Source: an uncultured cyanobacterium (GTDB taxonomy: Bacteria; Cyanobacteriota; Cyanobacteriia; Phormidesmidales; Phormidesmidaceae). Taken from it: a stretch of DNA of 64,000 nucleotides. Both the position numbers and the translations under genes were made by a program. This document shows positions 18,667-28,018 of the stretch, piece by piece. The stretch spans positions 64,001 through 128,000 of the forward strand of contig CAWBZI010000001.1 in assembly GCA_963793265.1 (NCBI GenBank), given 5' to 3'. Under the pieces are notes generated by a model, which saw only the letters and a program-made list of their open reading frames with translations, did not search any database and was not told where the DNA came from. Numbering within the stretch: position 1 is the stretch's first letter; each line of letters starts with the position of its first letter.

Positions 18667-20334
18667 TTCAAAGCCAGCAACAGCCGCCACGGCCTGCCGC
18701 AGCGCCTCCGTTCTATCGTCTATAAACCGCTCGGCAGGCACCATCTTGAGTAGCCCTAGCTTCGTGAGTCGCTTATAGGTTTGGTCTTTTGCACCCACAA
18801 TGTAGACTGTGCGATCACCCTCCACGGCCTCCTGCACCACATTCTCAATCGAGAGCGAGGTGGTCACGCCCAAGTGCGGCACTTCGCTCAAGTCCAAAAC
18901 CAAAGCCTTACAGTTTTGCACCGCTTCGCGCTGACGTGCGATTGCCTTAGCCACCCCAAAGATCATCGGCCCACTTAGACTAAAGAGCAAAATCCTATCT
19001 TTGCCCTGATCCAGCAGCGCTTTCTCCTCAGGATTGAGTGAGATAGTGTCGTCATCATCCGTAATCGCAGTCACGCCCTTATCTGACCGGAGCTGCGAGA
19101 GCTTATCGATTGTGAGAATATTTGCAACAAAAATGCCGACGCCCACCGCCACCATCAAATCAACAAACACGGTGAGAATAATCACGCCGTACATAATCAT
19201 CGCAGACTTGCGAGAAATATAGTGCGCCCGCTTCAAAAAGCCCCAGTCAATAATGTCGATACCCACTTTGATGATGATGCCAGCAAGCACCGACAGCGGG
19301 ATATTTCGGGTGAGCCCGCTCGCACCCAGCACCACAATCAATAAAATTACTGCCCGAGATAGCCCCGAAAGCGCCGTGCGTCCGCCCGCTTTAATGTTCA
19401 CCACCGTGCCCATCGTCGCCCCAGCGCCAGGCAGTCCACCGCACAGCCCTGAGACAATGTTGCCGATTCCCTGCCCGATCAGCTCCTTATTAGAATCATG
19501 CTCAGTACGCGTCAAACTATCGGCTACCACCGACGTTAGCAGCGCGTCAATGCTGCCTAATATGCCAAGTACGCTCGCATCAATCAGCATGTTACGCATC
19601 TGATCGCCCGTGAAGGTAGGCACCGTCAGCGTCGGCACATCAAAGGGCACAAGCCCGATTCGCGGCAGATCTTCAACACCGCCAAATATTGTTAGAGACA
19701 GCACCGTCCCGATAATCATCGCTACAAGCTGAGGCGGCGCAAATTTCCGCAGCCCCTTTGGGAAGTAAACGATTATGAGTACCGTTAGCAGCGTTAGGAC
19801 AGCGGCGCTCGGCAAAGCACCTCCTAGCAGCGTAGGTATATCGCCCAAAGTGCCTAGCACACCACCTTTAGGCGCGCTTTGGCCTAACGCTGGCCCAATC
19901 TGTAAAATGATTAGAATCAGCCCAATGCCTGACATAAAGCCAGAAACCACGTTATAGGGCATCAGCGTGACGTATTTTCCTAGCTTGAGCGCGCCAATAA
20001 CAATTTGCAGCACCCCGGCCATCATCACCACGGTAAAGGCCATCGCCATCCCGTTGACTTCATCAGCCGCCATCAGCCGGGCAATCACGGCGGTGATCAC
20101 CACGGTCATCGGGCCAGTGGGCTCAGAAATTAGGGTCGGTGTGCCGCCAAATAGGGCCGCAAAAAAGCCGACTAGTATGGCTCCGTATAGCCCAGCGACA
20201 GGGCCCGCCCCTGAGGCAAAGCCAAATGCTAACGCCATCGGCAGGGCAATTACCGCTGCGGTTAGCCCCCCAAATAGGTCGCCGCGCAGGTGCCGGAAGT
20301 TTATTTGATTCGTGAATTTGTAAGATCGGGTCAT
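18601..20334 (-). CDS. bicA: SulP-family Na+-dependent bicarbonate transporter BicA
   Basis: [51 protein letters not shown] domain [13 protein letters not shown]. Confidence 0.88.
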   Translation of the reverse strand: MTRSYKFTNQINFRHLRGDLFGGLTAAVIALPMALAFGFASGAGPVAGLYGAILVGFFAALFGGTPTLISEPTGPMTVVITAVIARLMAADEVNGMAMAFTVVMMAGVLQIVIGALKLGKYVTLMPYNVVSGFMSGIGLILIILQIGPALGQSAPKGGVLGTLGDIPTLLGGALPSAAVLTLLTVLIIVYFPKGLRKFAPPQLVAMIIGTVLSLTIFGGVEDLPRIGLVPFDVPTLTVPTFTGDQMRNMLIDASVLGILGSIDALLTSVVADSLTRTEHDSNKELIGQGIGNIVSGLCGGLPGAGATMGTVVNIKAGGRTALSGLSRAVILLIVVLGASGLTRNIPLSVLAGIIIKVGIDIIDWGFLKRAHYISRKSAMIMYGVIILTVFVDLMVAVGVGIFVANILTIDKLSQLRSDKGVTAITDDDDTISLNPEEKALLDQGKDRILLFSLSGPMIFGVAKAIARQREAVQNCKALVLDLSEVPHLGVTTSLSIENVVQEAVEGDRTVYIVGAKDQTYKRLTKLGLLKMVPAERFIDDRTEALRQAVAAVAGFELRSPVSTNESVDPIHAALDGV

Positions 20335-20417
20335 GGCAGAAAAGCAGCCCTCAACGTCATCTCTGCTACTTAGTGTCTCACGACTCTTGACTTGAACCTA
20401 CAGGATTCTACAGAGCC

Positions 20418-21872
20418 TTATAGAGTTAGCACTACACGGCCTACAGGTTTTGCAATGCAGGTGAGCACACAGCCGCCTGCGCGATCGCCCTCACTTAAGC
20501 CCTTTGGCTCCACGTCATAACAAACCTCACCGGCAGCTATTGTTTGTTTGCACATCCCACAGCTCCCCATCCGACAGCCGCTTGCAATCGTCACGCCCGC
20601 TTGTTCGGCAGCGTCTAATAAAGTGTCAGACTCATCGCAGGCGATCGCCTCTCCCGAAGCCGAAAACTCCACCAAAGGCGCTTCTGTAGAATTGCCTTCA
20701 GAACCAGATGAGAAGGGAACCGCGACAGGCATTGACGCTTTAGCCGCCTCAGGCTTCACCGCTGAAGATCCACCAAAACTTTCCTCGTAATAGTTCTCCA
20801 TCGGAAACCCTTCCGCTTCGAGCAGATTTTTAGTGCTGCTCATAAAGCCCGCTGGCCCACAGACAAAAGCATGACGCTTGGCAAAATCAGGACAAATAGC
20901 CGACAGCATCGCCGGGTTCAACCGCCCCCGGTAGCCTGCCCACGGCACGAGAGGCGTCTCCTTCGTCAGCGTAAAAGCCAGCTTAAAGTGAGGGTGCTGA
21001 GCCGCTAACAGTTCTAATCGCTGACGAAAGATAATATCGTGCGGGGTACGCGCAGCATGGATAAAGGTGATATCGACAGTTGCAGCCCGGTCACTAAGCC
21101 ACTGCGACATTGCCATCATTGGCGTAATCCCGCTGCCCGCTGAAATTAACAACAGCTTATCGGCAGGATAGTCCACACAGTTAAACTGTCCAAACGGCCC
21201 CTGCATGAGCAGCGTCATCCCTACCTCAAACTGGTCGTGCAGCCAGTTAGACACTATTCCCGGCGGCAAATCCTGACTCGCCGCCCCCACTCTTTTCACC
21301 GTAATATCCAGCGTATGAGGCCGCGAAGGGCTCGATGAAATCGAATACGAGCGCATCACCGGTTTGTTGTCGGCTCCATCAATCGGCACTTGCAGCGTCA
21401 CGAACTGACCAGGCTTAAAGTCAAATAGCTGCTCAGGTTCGCTTACAAAGCGAAAGGTCTTTACATCGTGAGTTTCTTGAATAATCTGAACGCAGCGGCC
21501 CGTAAAGGCTTCACCGGCTGAGCGCGAGGTTGTTAGGTTTTGAACCGCGGGCGTGGGCTTTAGCGATTCTACAATAAGGGCAAAATCACCAATCCTGATC
21601 ACATCATCAGGCGCGATCGCATACCCTTGATTCACCTGAGCCTCCTCGTTGTTCAGCCGCGATCCGTCCGTACTGCCTAAGTCGGTAAAAAAACAGCGAT
21701 CGCCCTCAAACAAAATCCGACCGTGCACCCGGCTCACCGCAGGCCCGTCTAGGATCAAATCACAGTTGGGATGCCGACCGATCAAACACTCCGACTGCTG
21801 CATTGAGCGAGGCAACAGCTCAGCAGAGTAAACATCATTTGTGTTGTAGTTAACAATCTTTGTTTTCAACAT
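20418..21872 (-). CDS. FHA domain + FNR-type FAD/NAD(P)H oxidoreductase + C-terminal 2Fe-2S ferredoxin
   Basis: FHA: IGRH..CD, VSRVHG, DLGSTDGS. FNR: RSYSISS, SAGSGITPM, FVCGP, EESF. Ferredoxin: GCRMGSCGMC...LTC. Confidence 0.88.
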   Translation of the reverse strand: MLKTKIVNYNTNDVYSAELLPRSMQQSECLIGRHPNCDLILDGPAVSRVHGRILFEGDRCFFTDLGSTDGSRLNNEEAQVNQGYAIAPDDVIRIGDFALIVESLKPTPAVQNLTTSRSAGEAFTGRCVQIIQETHDVKTFRFVSEPEQLFDFKPGQFVTLQVPIDGADNKPVMRSYSISSSPSRPHTLDITVKRVGAASQDLPPGIVSNWLHDQFEVGMTLLMQGPFGQFNCVDYPADKLLLISAGSGITPMMAMSQWLSDRAATVDITFIHAARTPHDIIFRQRLELLAAQHPHFKLAFTLTKETPLVPWAGYRGRLNPAMLSAICPDFAKRHAFVCGPAGFMSSTKNLLEAEGFPMENYYEESFGGSSAVKPEAAKASMPVAVPFSSGSEGNSTEAPLVEFSASGEAIACDESDTLLDAAEQAGVTIASGCRMGSCGMCKQTIAAGEVCYDVEPKGLSEGDRAGGCVLTCIAKPVGRVVLTL

Positions 21873-21922
21873 GACAAAAAGAATCCTTACGGTGTGAGTG
21901 ATATTGACTTAAACGCTGCCGT

Positions 21923-23470
21923 CTATGGTTTTTGCATCGTTTTTTTAGGCACATACGTTGAGCGAATAACTGTTTTTGGCGCTTCACTTTTAGGCCGACG
22001 AATGGCGGTCTTAGGTAAGGGCAAGTCTTTTTTATCTTCACTAGCAGCAGGCTTAGCGATCGCCCGAGGCAGCACCTTCGCCAGCACATCAACCGTTTCT
22101 ACCCCAAGCTGTTCGGTCGTATAGCCCTCACCCAACAGCTCATCTACATTCACGGCAAGCTTTTTAAGCTGACGGTGACGCTTACCCACCAAGCTCTCCT
22201 GTTCATATAGCTGCTCGCTACGGCTCCAGGTTCGATACAGCCACAAACTGCTCACCACAGCTATCAGCGTTTGAAAAGCAAACTGAACAACTATCGGCAG
22301 TCGAATAATTTCGGGGCGACCGCCATAGATAAAGAAGAAGTTGACGGCAACGAACGTACAAAGAGAGAACATTCTATGAAGGCTTTTATCTGCAATGTTC
22401 TCAGAACTTCCAACAGATTTTGCTTTCAAGTAGCCCCGGTAGTAGCGCTCTAAACCGGTACATATCCAGCAGCTTGCAGCGGCGAAGATGGCAAGTGTTA
22501 GGGGTGCAGCAAGAATTTTAGGAATTGCGATCGCCTGCCCAAACAAATAGAAACCAGGCTCAACCAGCGATATCACCGTTCGAGGATCATGGCTCCAAAC
22601 GCCCGAAAAGTAGTACCTAAAATTACCTGCATACAAACCGTAGTAGCAAAAGTAGCCAATCACCAGGCCCAAATAGCCATACTGCACCAGCTTTCGCCCT
22701 GGCTTACGCATCTGATCCCAATACGACTGCTCAGCATCTATGTCCATACAGGCTGACTTACAAGAAACGCAGGCGCTCTCTTCATTCCCCTGGCTATCGA
22801 CTGTGCGACACATTGATTGGGTCAGGCTATAGGGCTCAGCCTCATGCGCCTTGCTATCGAGCAGGCCGCGCGGCCCGGTCAAAACGGTCTGCACCATACC
22901 GAAAGGGCATACATAGTGGCACCAGCTCCGCCCGCCATATAAAGCAACCACCCCAGCCGCCAACAGCAGCGTCATAATAAAGAACACGCCGACCGCACTT
23001 CTCACCGAGTTAAACAGCAAGATCCGCCCTGTAATGCCTAAAAAGAACAGAACAAATTGAAGATAAAGGTGGTTTTGTTTTAGCCACTGGTTTTGCTCAA
23101 TGCTAAGCAAAGGCTTCATGCCTAAAGCTCTAGGTAGCTGAGAGAAAAAATACAGCGGACAAATTCGTCGCCAAACCTCATGACCGAACACAAATACAAC
23201 AAAGAAGGCGGTAGGAATGACCATGCCCCAAAATACGCGAGTGGAGATTTCATAGGGCGCTGAATTAACGCAATATCCTTGAGCGCTCACGCAGAGATTG
23301 TATTGTTGGGATGTTGCGATCGCCTCATCAGCTAGCCACCCACCATTAGCCGGGTCAGTCAGCGCCGCAGACACAGGATCGTAAAACAAAGACACTATCA
23401 GCAATCCCCACGCCAGCAAAACGGCCCAGCGAATCGTGTGCATTTTCTTTTCAGACAAGGTAGATAACAT
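21923..23470 (-). CDS. Polytopic membrane protein with 4Fe-4S-binding motifs (NapH/MauN/RdxA-like)
   Basis: Multiple TM segments; WRRICP, WCHYVCPFG, CVSCKSACMDID. Confidence 0.78.
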   Translation of the reverse strand: MLSTLSEKKMHTIRWAVLLAWGLLIVSLFYDPVSAALTDPANGGWLADEAIATSQQYNLCVSAQGYCVNSAPYEISTRVFWGMVIPTAFFVVFVFGHEVWRRICPLYFFSQLPRALGMKPLLSIEQNQWLKQNHLYLQFVLFFLGITGRILLFNSVRSAVGVFFIMTLLLAAGVVALYGGRSWCHYVCPFGMVQTVLTGPRGLLDSKAHEAEPYSLTQSMCRTVDSQGNEESACVSCKSACMDIDAEQSYWDQMRKPGRKLVQYGYLGLVIGYFCYYGLYAGNFRYYFSGVWSHDPRTVISLVEPGFYLFGQAIAIPKILAAPLTLAIFAAASCWICTGLERYYRGYLKAKSVGSSENIADKSLHRMFSLCTFVAVNFFFIYGGRPEIIRLPIVVQFAFQTLIAVVSSLWLYRTWSRSEQLYEQESLVGKRHRQLKKLAVNVDELLGEGYTTEQLGVETVDVLAKVLPRAIAKPAASEDKKDLPLPKTAIRRPKSEAPKTVIRSTYVPKKTMQKP

Positions 23471-23575
23471 GAGTCGTTACATGCGCGATATAACGAGCTA
23501 TCATCACAACAACGACTTTTTCTGCAAATTTACTGCTACCTTGATTGTGTAAGACTTACCGAAGGAGCAATAGCT

Positions 23576-24223
23576 GTGGTTTCTCAGATACCAACATCTA
23601 AAGCCATGGAGGTTTTCTACCCAGATACCGACGGGCAGCCTATGGCAAGCAATACGGAGCAATATCGTTGGATTGTGACTATCCAGCAAAACTTAGACTG
23701 GCTACTTCCCGACGCCTTTGTAGCAGGCGACTTATTTTGGTATCCCATCGAAGGTCGTTCAGATATTTCAGTGGCTCCCGATGTGATGGTTGCCATAGGT
23801 CGTTTGAAGGGTAAACGACTCTCATACAAGCAGTGGCAAGAAGATGATACACCGCCTCAAGTTGTCTTTGAAATTCTTTTGCCTAGCAACACAAGAAGAG
23901 AAATGGATGCCAAACTGCTCTTCTTTGATCGTCACGGCGTTCAAGAATACTACCTGTACGATACCGAACGCCACGAACTGAACGGATTTGTCAGAGATGA
24001 GTTGGGGCTAACCCCCATCATAGATATCGTGCCTGACTGGATCAGTCCTTTACTCAAAATCCGTTTTGATATGACTAAAGACGTACTACAACTGTTTCGC
24101 CCAGACGGTACGCCCTTCTCAACCTATCAAGAAGTTATGCAGAGAGCTGAACTAGCCGAACAAAAAGCAACGCGACTAGCCGAAAAGCTCAGAGAACTAG
24201 GCGTTGACCCTGACCAAATCTAA
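23576..24223 (+). CDS. Uma2 family putative endonuclease
   Basis: YPDTDGQPMA, FVAGDLFWYP, APDVMV, PPQVVFEIL, GVQEYYLYD, LRELGVDPD. Confidence 0.9.
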   Translation: MVSQIPTSKAMEVFYPDTDGQPMASNTEQYRWIVTIQQNLDWLLPDAFVAGDLFWYPIEGRSDISVAPDVMVAIGRLKGKRLSYKQWQEDDTPPQVVFEILLPSNTRREMDAKLLFFDRHGVQEYYLYDTERHELNGFVRDELGLTPIIDIVPDWISPLLKIRFDMTKDVLQLFRPDGTPFSTYQEVMQRAELAEQKATRLAEKLRELGVDPDQI

Positions 24224-24909
24224 GGCAATAGATCCAAATCTACAACAAGCGGGCGATGGTCGCTGCTGTTGAACTGCTCGAAGCCAGGTATCGCTACGCT
24301 AGAAATTTTAGAGGCCCAAGGTTTCGGTAGAAAGCAGTAGTCAATGTGAAAAGGTTGCGTCACTTTCCACTGCCAGTAGTAAGTCGTATCGAGTTCGTCT
24401 CCATGCTTACAACCGTGATACGTATGGTAAGCGCTGACTAATCCAAGATCTTCTAAATCATGCACCAGGTCGTCGTGATTGTAGGATTTGTTGGTAGCGT
24501 TGAACTTACGATGGCTGTTAAAGTCGCCCAGCAAGATAGTAAGATTTTTACGAATAGAGTCAGCGTTCGCCTCTAAGGTAGCTTTTAGGCTTTTAGTATA
24601 CGAAGGCTCTTTGTGTGTCCAAATGCCGATTGCATCAAAGCTGACTGACCCGCTGATAGAGGCTTTTAGGTGATGAGGCGCTTCTTGGTTAGTCGTTGAG
24701 TTCGCGATCGCCCATCCCTCTTTTACCCAAACCGCAATCCCCTGCTGCGTATTCCGCTGACTCGCAACGACCTGACCGTTCGTAACAACACTGCCACAGC
24801 ACTCTTGCAAACAAACAACATCGGGCTCAAGCTGACTCAGCGCCTTCACCCTTTTATCTACGTCCCCGCGATAGCAGTTCCAAGAAATAATTCTCATTTT
24901 ATACAACAA
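24220..24909 (-). CDS. Endonuclease/exonuclease/phosphatase family protein
   Basis: IISWN, DVVCLQE, LLGDFN, HIDYCF, SDHRP. Confidence 0.88.
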   Translation of the reverse strand: MLYKMRIISWNCYRGDVDKRVKALSQLEPDVVCLQECCGSVVTNGQVVASQRNTQQGIAVWVKEGWAIANSTTNQEAPHHLKASISGSVSFDAIGIWTHKEPSYTKSLKATLEANADSIRKNLTILLGDFNSHRKFNATNKSYNHDDLVHDLEDLGLVSAYHTYHGCKHGDELDTTYYWQWKVTQPFHIDYCFLPKPWASKISSVAIPGFEQFNSSDHRPLVVDLDLLP

Positions 24910-24970
24910 GACATAGGGTTTTACTTACCAACATGTTCTATCTTTTAGTCATTCATCTACACTAATTGAC

Positions 24971-25585
24971 TTGATAGCCTCTAACGTTTTAACTGCCGAC
25001 TGGTTCAACCGCCCCTCTCCTAAAGTTGCCGAAGACTTAATCGGATGTACTTTGGTGCGCGTGATCGACGATGAAACAGTGCGCGGAAAAATTGTTGAAA
25101 CCGAAGCCTACGAATCAGGCGACCCGGCTATGTATGCCTACGAAACCAAAACGGCCCACAACGAAGTTGTCCACGGCCCCGCTGGATTCGCCTACGTCTA
25201 TCGCATTTATCACCAGTATCACTGCTTCAACATCGTGACCGACCGCGACGGATTTCCTAGCACCATTTTGATTCGAGCCGTCGATTTAGAACAGCGCCCA
25301 AGCTGGATAGATCCGAACAAAGAAAAATTGCCTCGGGTAGCAGCAGGCCCCGGTAAAATGTGCCGCACCCTGAAAATTGACGAGTCTCTCAAAGGCATTC
25401 CTATTCATCCAGATTCTGGGCTCTGGGTAGAAGCGCGCGCCGAAGATCCTTCAATAGCAACTCCAACACTATTTGATACGCCTCCAGCCATCACCCAGAC
25501 CACTCGCATCGGCCTTTCCAAAGGCGTTGATGTTCCGTGGCGCTGGTACCTCACCGACTCTCCGGCGGTATCTCGCAAAAAATAA
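24971..25585 (+). CDS. DNA-3-methyladenine glycosylase (MPG)
   Basis: GKIVETEAY, YVYRIY, ILIRA, GPGKMC, TTRIGLSKG..PWRWY. Confidence 0.9.
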   Translation: MIASNVLTADWFNRPSPKVAEDLIGCTLVRVIDDETVRGKIVETEAYESGDPAMYAYETKTAHNEVVHGPAGFAYVYRIYHQYHCFNIVTDRDGFPSTILIRAVDLEQRPSWIDPNKEKLPRVAAGPGKMCRTLKIDESLKGIPIHPDSGLWVEARAEDPSIATPTLFDTPPAITQTTRIGLSKGVDVPWRWYLTDSPAVSRKK

Positions 25586-25683
25586 GGCCGACGAAGCTTT
25601 CCTAAAAAAGACCTCATCGGCTTTATTTATCTTCTAAGTACTTGATAGAACGTTCTACCAACACACCACCAATAGGCAGCTTT

Positions 25684-25908
25684 TTAGTAGCTATTTCCAA
25701 ATTCAGCCCATAGCGTACCTTCACCTGGCACAATGACTTGAACTTCCGCGTCGTTGCTAGTCGTAGCAGCTTGAGTCGTTTCAGCTAGGCTCGCGCGAAC
25801 AACCGTATAGCCTAAAACAAACATAACGCCTGCAACAAAAGCACCGGTAATCGCCTTATCAAGACCAGACGTGCGAGTTGCGTTTTGAGTGGCTGTGTTA
25901 TAGCTCAT
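25684..25908 (-). CDS. Small single-TM hypothetical protein
   Basis: AAGGA precedes ATG 25908; TM segment AITGAFVAGVMFVLGYTVV. Confidence 0.55.
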   Translation of the reverse strand: MSYNTATQNATRTSGLDKAITGAFVAGVMFVLGYTVVRASLAETTQAATTSNDAEVQVIVPGEGTLWAEFGNSY

Positions 25909-26366
25909 TTGAATAAAAGTCCTTGTATTGACTGAGTACATAGCCATACTCTCAGACTTTTCGGTATACGCTTATACCGTTTACTTTTATTTAATATCTA
26001 CATATAGAGGTATTAATAATTGAGAATATCTGTAAACGCTGACTTTAGTCTTTTAGGACTCTATTGCTCTCAAAGGGCTGCGTAATTTGCTCACCCAAAG
26101 ACATCGGTAGGTTGGAATAATGAGAGACTACGCCGTGACCCATACCCGCTGCCAGTCCTAGAAAAGCAGGCAAAAACAAAGCAACCAAATTATTCATAAA
26201 ATTTCAATACGCTACTCTCCTAAGATTCCCAAGAATAGCGGCTTGTTTTTGTAACCAGCTTTACCATTTGCAACAAACCTAAAGGAGTATATGTAATAAT
26301 TACATCTCTTGTATGCAACTTTATTTTCCTGGTTAGGCCAGTAGGTCATAAGCTCACAAAAAACAC

Positions 26367-26403
26367 TGAACGCCGTACAGAAGTGTCATCTGTACGGCGT
26401 TCA
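26367..26403 (-). terminator. Rho-independent terminator of the T1SS operon
   Basis: Perfect 15-bp IR TGAACGCCGTACAGA/TCTGTACGGCGTTCA with a 7-nt loop and a minus-strand T-tract, 25 nt after the HlyD stop. Confidence 0.8.
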
Positions 26404-26428
26404 ATTTTAGAGCTAGTGTTAAAAACAC

Positions 26429-28012
26429 CTACCCACCAGATTTCAGCGCATCCGTCTTCCGTACAAAGATGTCTGTGAAGAACGTAATAATCCGACGCTT
26501 GCGCAAATTGATATTGGCACTCAGAGACATCCCCGAGCGCAGCTCAAGCATCAGATCGTCTGACATCATTTCTTGAGCATCTAGCTCTACCTCAGCCGGG
26601 AATCGGTAGTACGGAAACGTTTCATCAGGCGGTAGCGCATCGGTACCAATCCTTGTCAAGGTGCCTTCCATATCGCCAAATTCGCTGTACGAAAAAGCAT
26701 CAATTCGAACGTCTACTTTTTGCCCAACTTCAATAAAGCCAATGTCTTTATTAGGAATAAAGATGCGTGCTACCAAGGCATCTTGAGGCACAATCTCCAT
26801 CATCGGCTCGGTAGAGTTAGCGACATAGCCCGGACGATTTGCCTTGAGGTTAAACACCGTACCTGTAATCGGCGCAGTCAAAGCCTGTTGGGTTTGACTC
26901 TGCTGTAGCTGAATTAGCTCGCTGTTGAGCTGCGCAATCTGCCGGTTGTTGTCAATAATTCGCTGACCGAGCTGGCTTTCAATATCGTCAATCCGCTGCT
27001 GGTTGACATCAATGCGATTGTACAAATCTACCTGAGAGCTAGATTCTGTGCGCTCAACTTCTGTCTCTGCCTGAGAAATTTGAAAGGTCAGAACAGCAAT
27101 ATCTTCTCTGAGCGTATCAACGGCTGCTTGCTTATCGTTCACTTCTTGCTCTTGCTGCAAAAAGGAAAGCTCGGCAACTGCCCCTTCCTTAAAGAGTCTC
27201 TCAAGTCGATCTAGAATCTCTTGATTGGTAGCCAAGTCGTTTTGGGCATTGCCAAGCTGAATTCGCGCCTTATCGAGCTGTTCACGCAGTTCACCGGCTC
27301 TAGAGCGATTGATACTTTGCTCGTTGCCAATATTGCTTCTAGCCGCTTCAAAGCGATCGATTTGATCGCTAGAGAGCCCCGCTGAGCTGCCCTCAAGCTG
27401 CGCTCTATAGAGACGATTAGTTTCAATCAGGCCCAAGCGATCGCTTCCCCGCTGTGTCAACGCTGGCGAAACGCCCTCTGGAGCCACTGCATCCACATCA
27501 CCTGCCTTTTGAGCGCTGTAGTAAGCATTCTCTTCCTTTAGCCCCTTAAGTCTTTCTTGTACAGACTCAATCTGCGCTTCAGTAGCCGTCTCATCTAAAG
27601 TCGCAACCACTTCTCCTTTTTCAACCAGCTCTCCTTCCTCTACCATTATCTCATCTACAACACCGCCCAAAGGAGCCTGTACCACCTGCACCGCGCTTAT
27701 CGGCTCCAGCTTGCCCTGGGCCCCGATGTTCTCGTCTACCTTAAAAATAAATGCGGCCAGCACCGAGAGCGTCGTAAAGCCCATAATGCTAATTGTGATC
27801 CACCGCGCCCACTGCGGCGACTGCCGTAGAATAACCGGCTTGTCAAAAGACTGAGGCACGTAGCTGTCAAACTGAGGGCTGTTGCCGTTCGCTGGCGCTT
27901 GAATACCGCCGTTGCCATTGCCGTTACTAGAACCATTCATATGGCCGTTCGTAGCACCGTTGCCATTACCGTTGCCGTTTGTAAACTGCGGTCTGTTAGA
28001 GGTACTTGTCAT
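26429..28012 (-). CDS. HlyD family secretion membrane-fusion protein
   Basis: Single TM, AQGKLEP, long coiled coil, APITGTVF, NKDIGFI..GQKVDVRIDAF. Confidence 0.92.
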   Translation of the reverse strand: MTSTSNRPQFTNGNGNGNGATNGHMNGSSNGNGNGGIQAPANGNSPQFDSYVPQSFDKPVILRQSPQWARWITISIMGFTTLSVLAAFIFKVDENIGAQGKLEPISAVQVVQAPLGGVVDEIMVEEGELVEKGEVVATLDETATEAQIESVQERLKGLKEENAYYSAQKAGDVDAVAPEGVSPALTQRGSDRLGLIETNRLYRAQLEGSSAGLSSDQIDRFEAARSNIGNEQSINRSRAGELREQLDKARIQLGNAQNDLATNQEILDRLERLFKEGAVAELSFLQQEQEVNDKQAAVDTLREDIAVLTFQISQAETEVERTESSSQVDLYNRIDVNQQRIDDIESQLGQRIIDNNRQIAQLNSELIQLQQSQTQQALTAPITGTVFNLKANRPGYVANSTEPMMEIVPQDALVARIFIPNKDIGFIEVGQKVDVRIDAFSYSEFGDMEGTLTRIGTDALPPDETFPYYRFPAEVELDAQEMMSDDLMLELRSGMSLSANINLRKRRIITFFTDIFVRKTDALKSGG

Positions 28013-28018
28013 TGGTCG

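Noticed and set aside
18781..20308. Plus-strand ORFs inside bicA, and similar short antisense ORFs inside other long genes
   Set aside because: Antisense artefacts of codon bias in well-supported genes.
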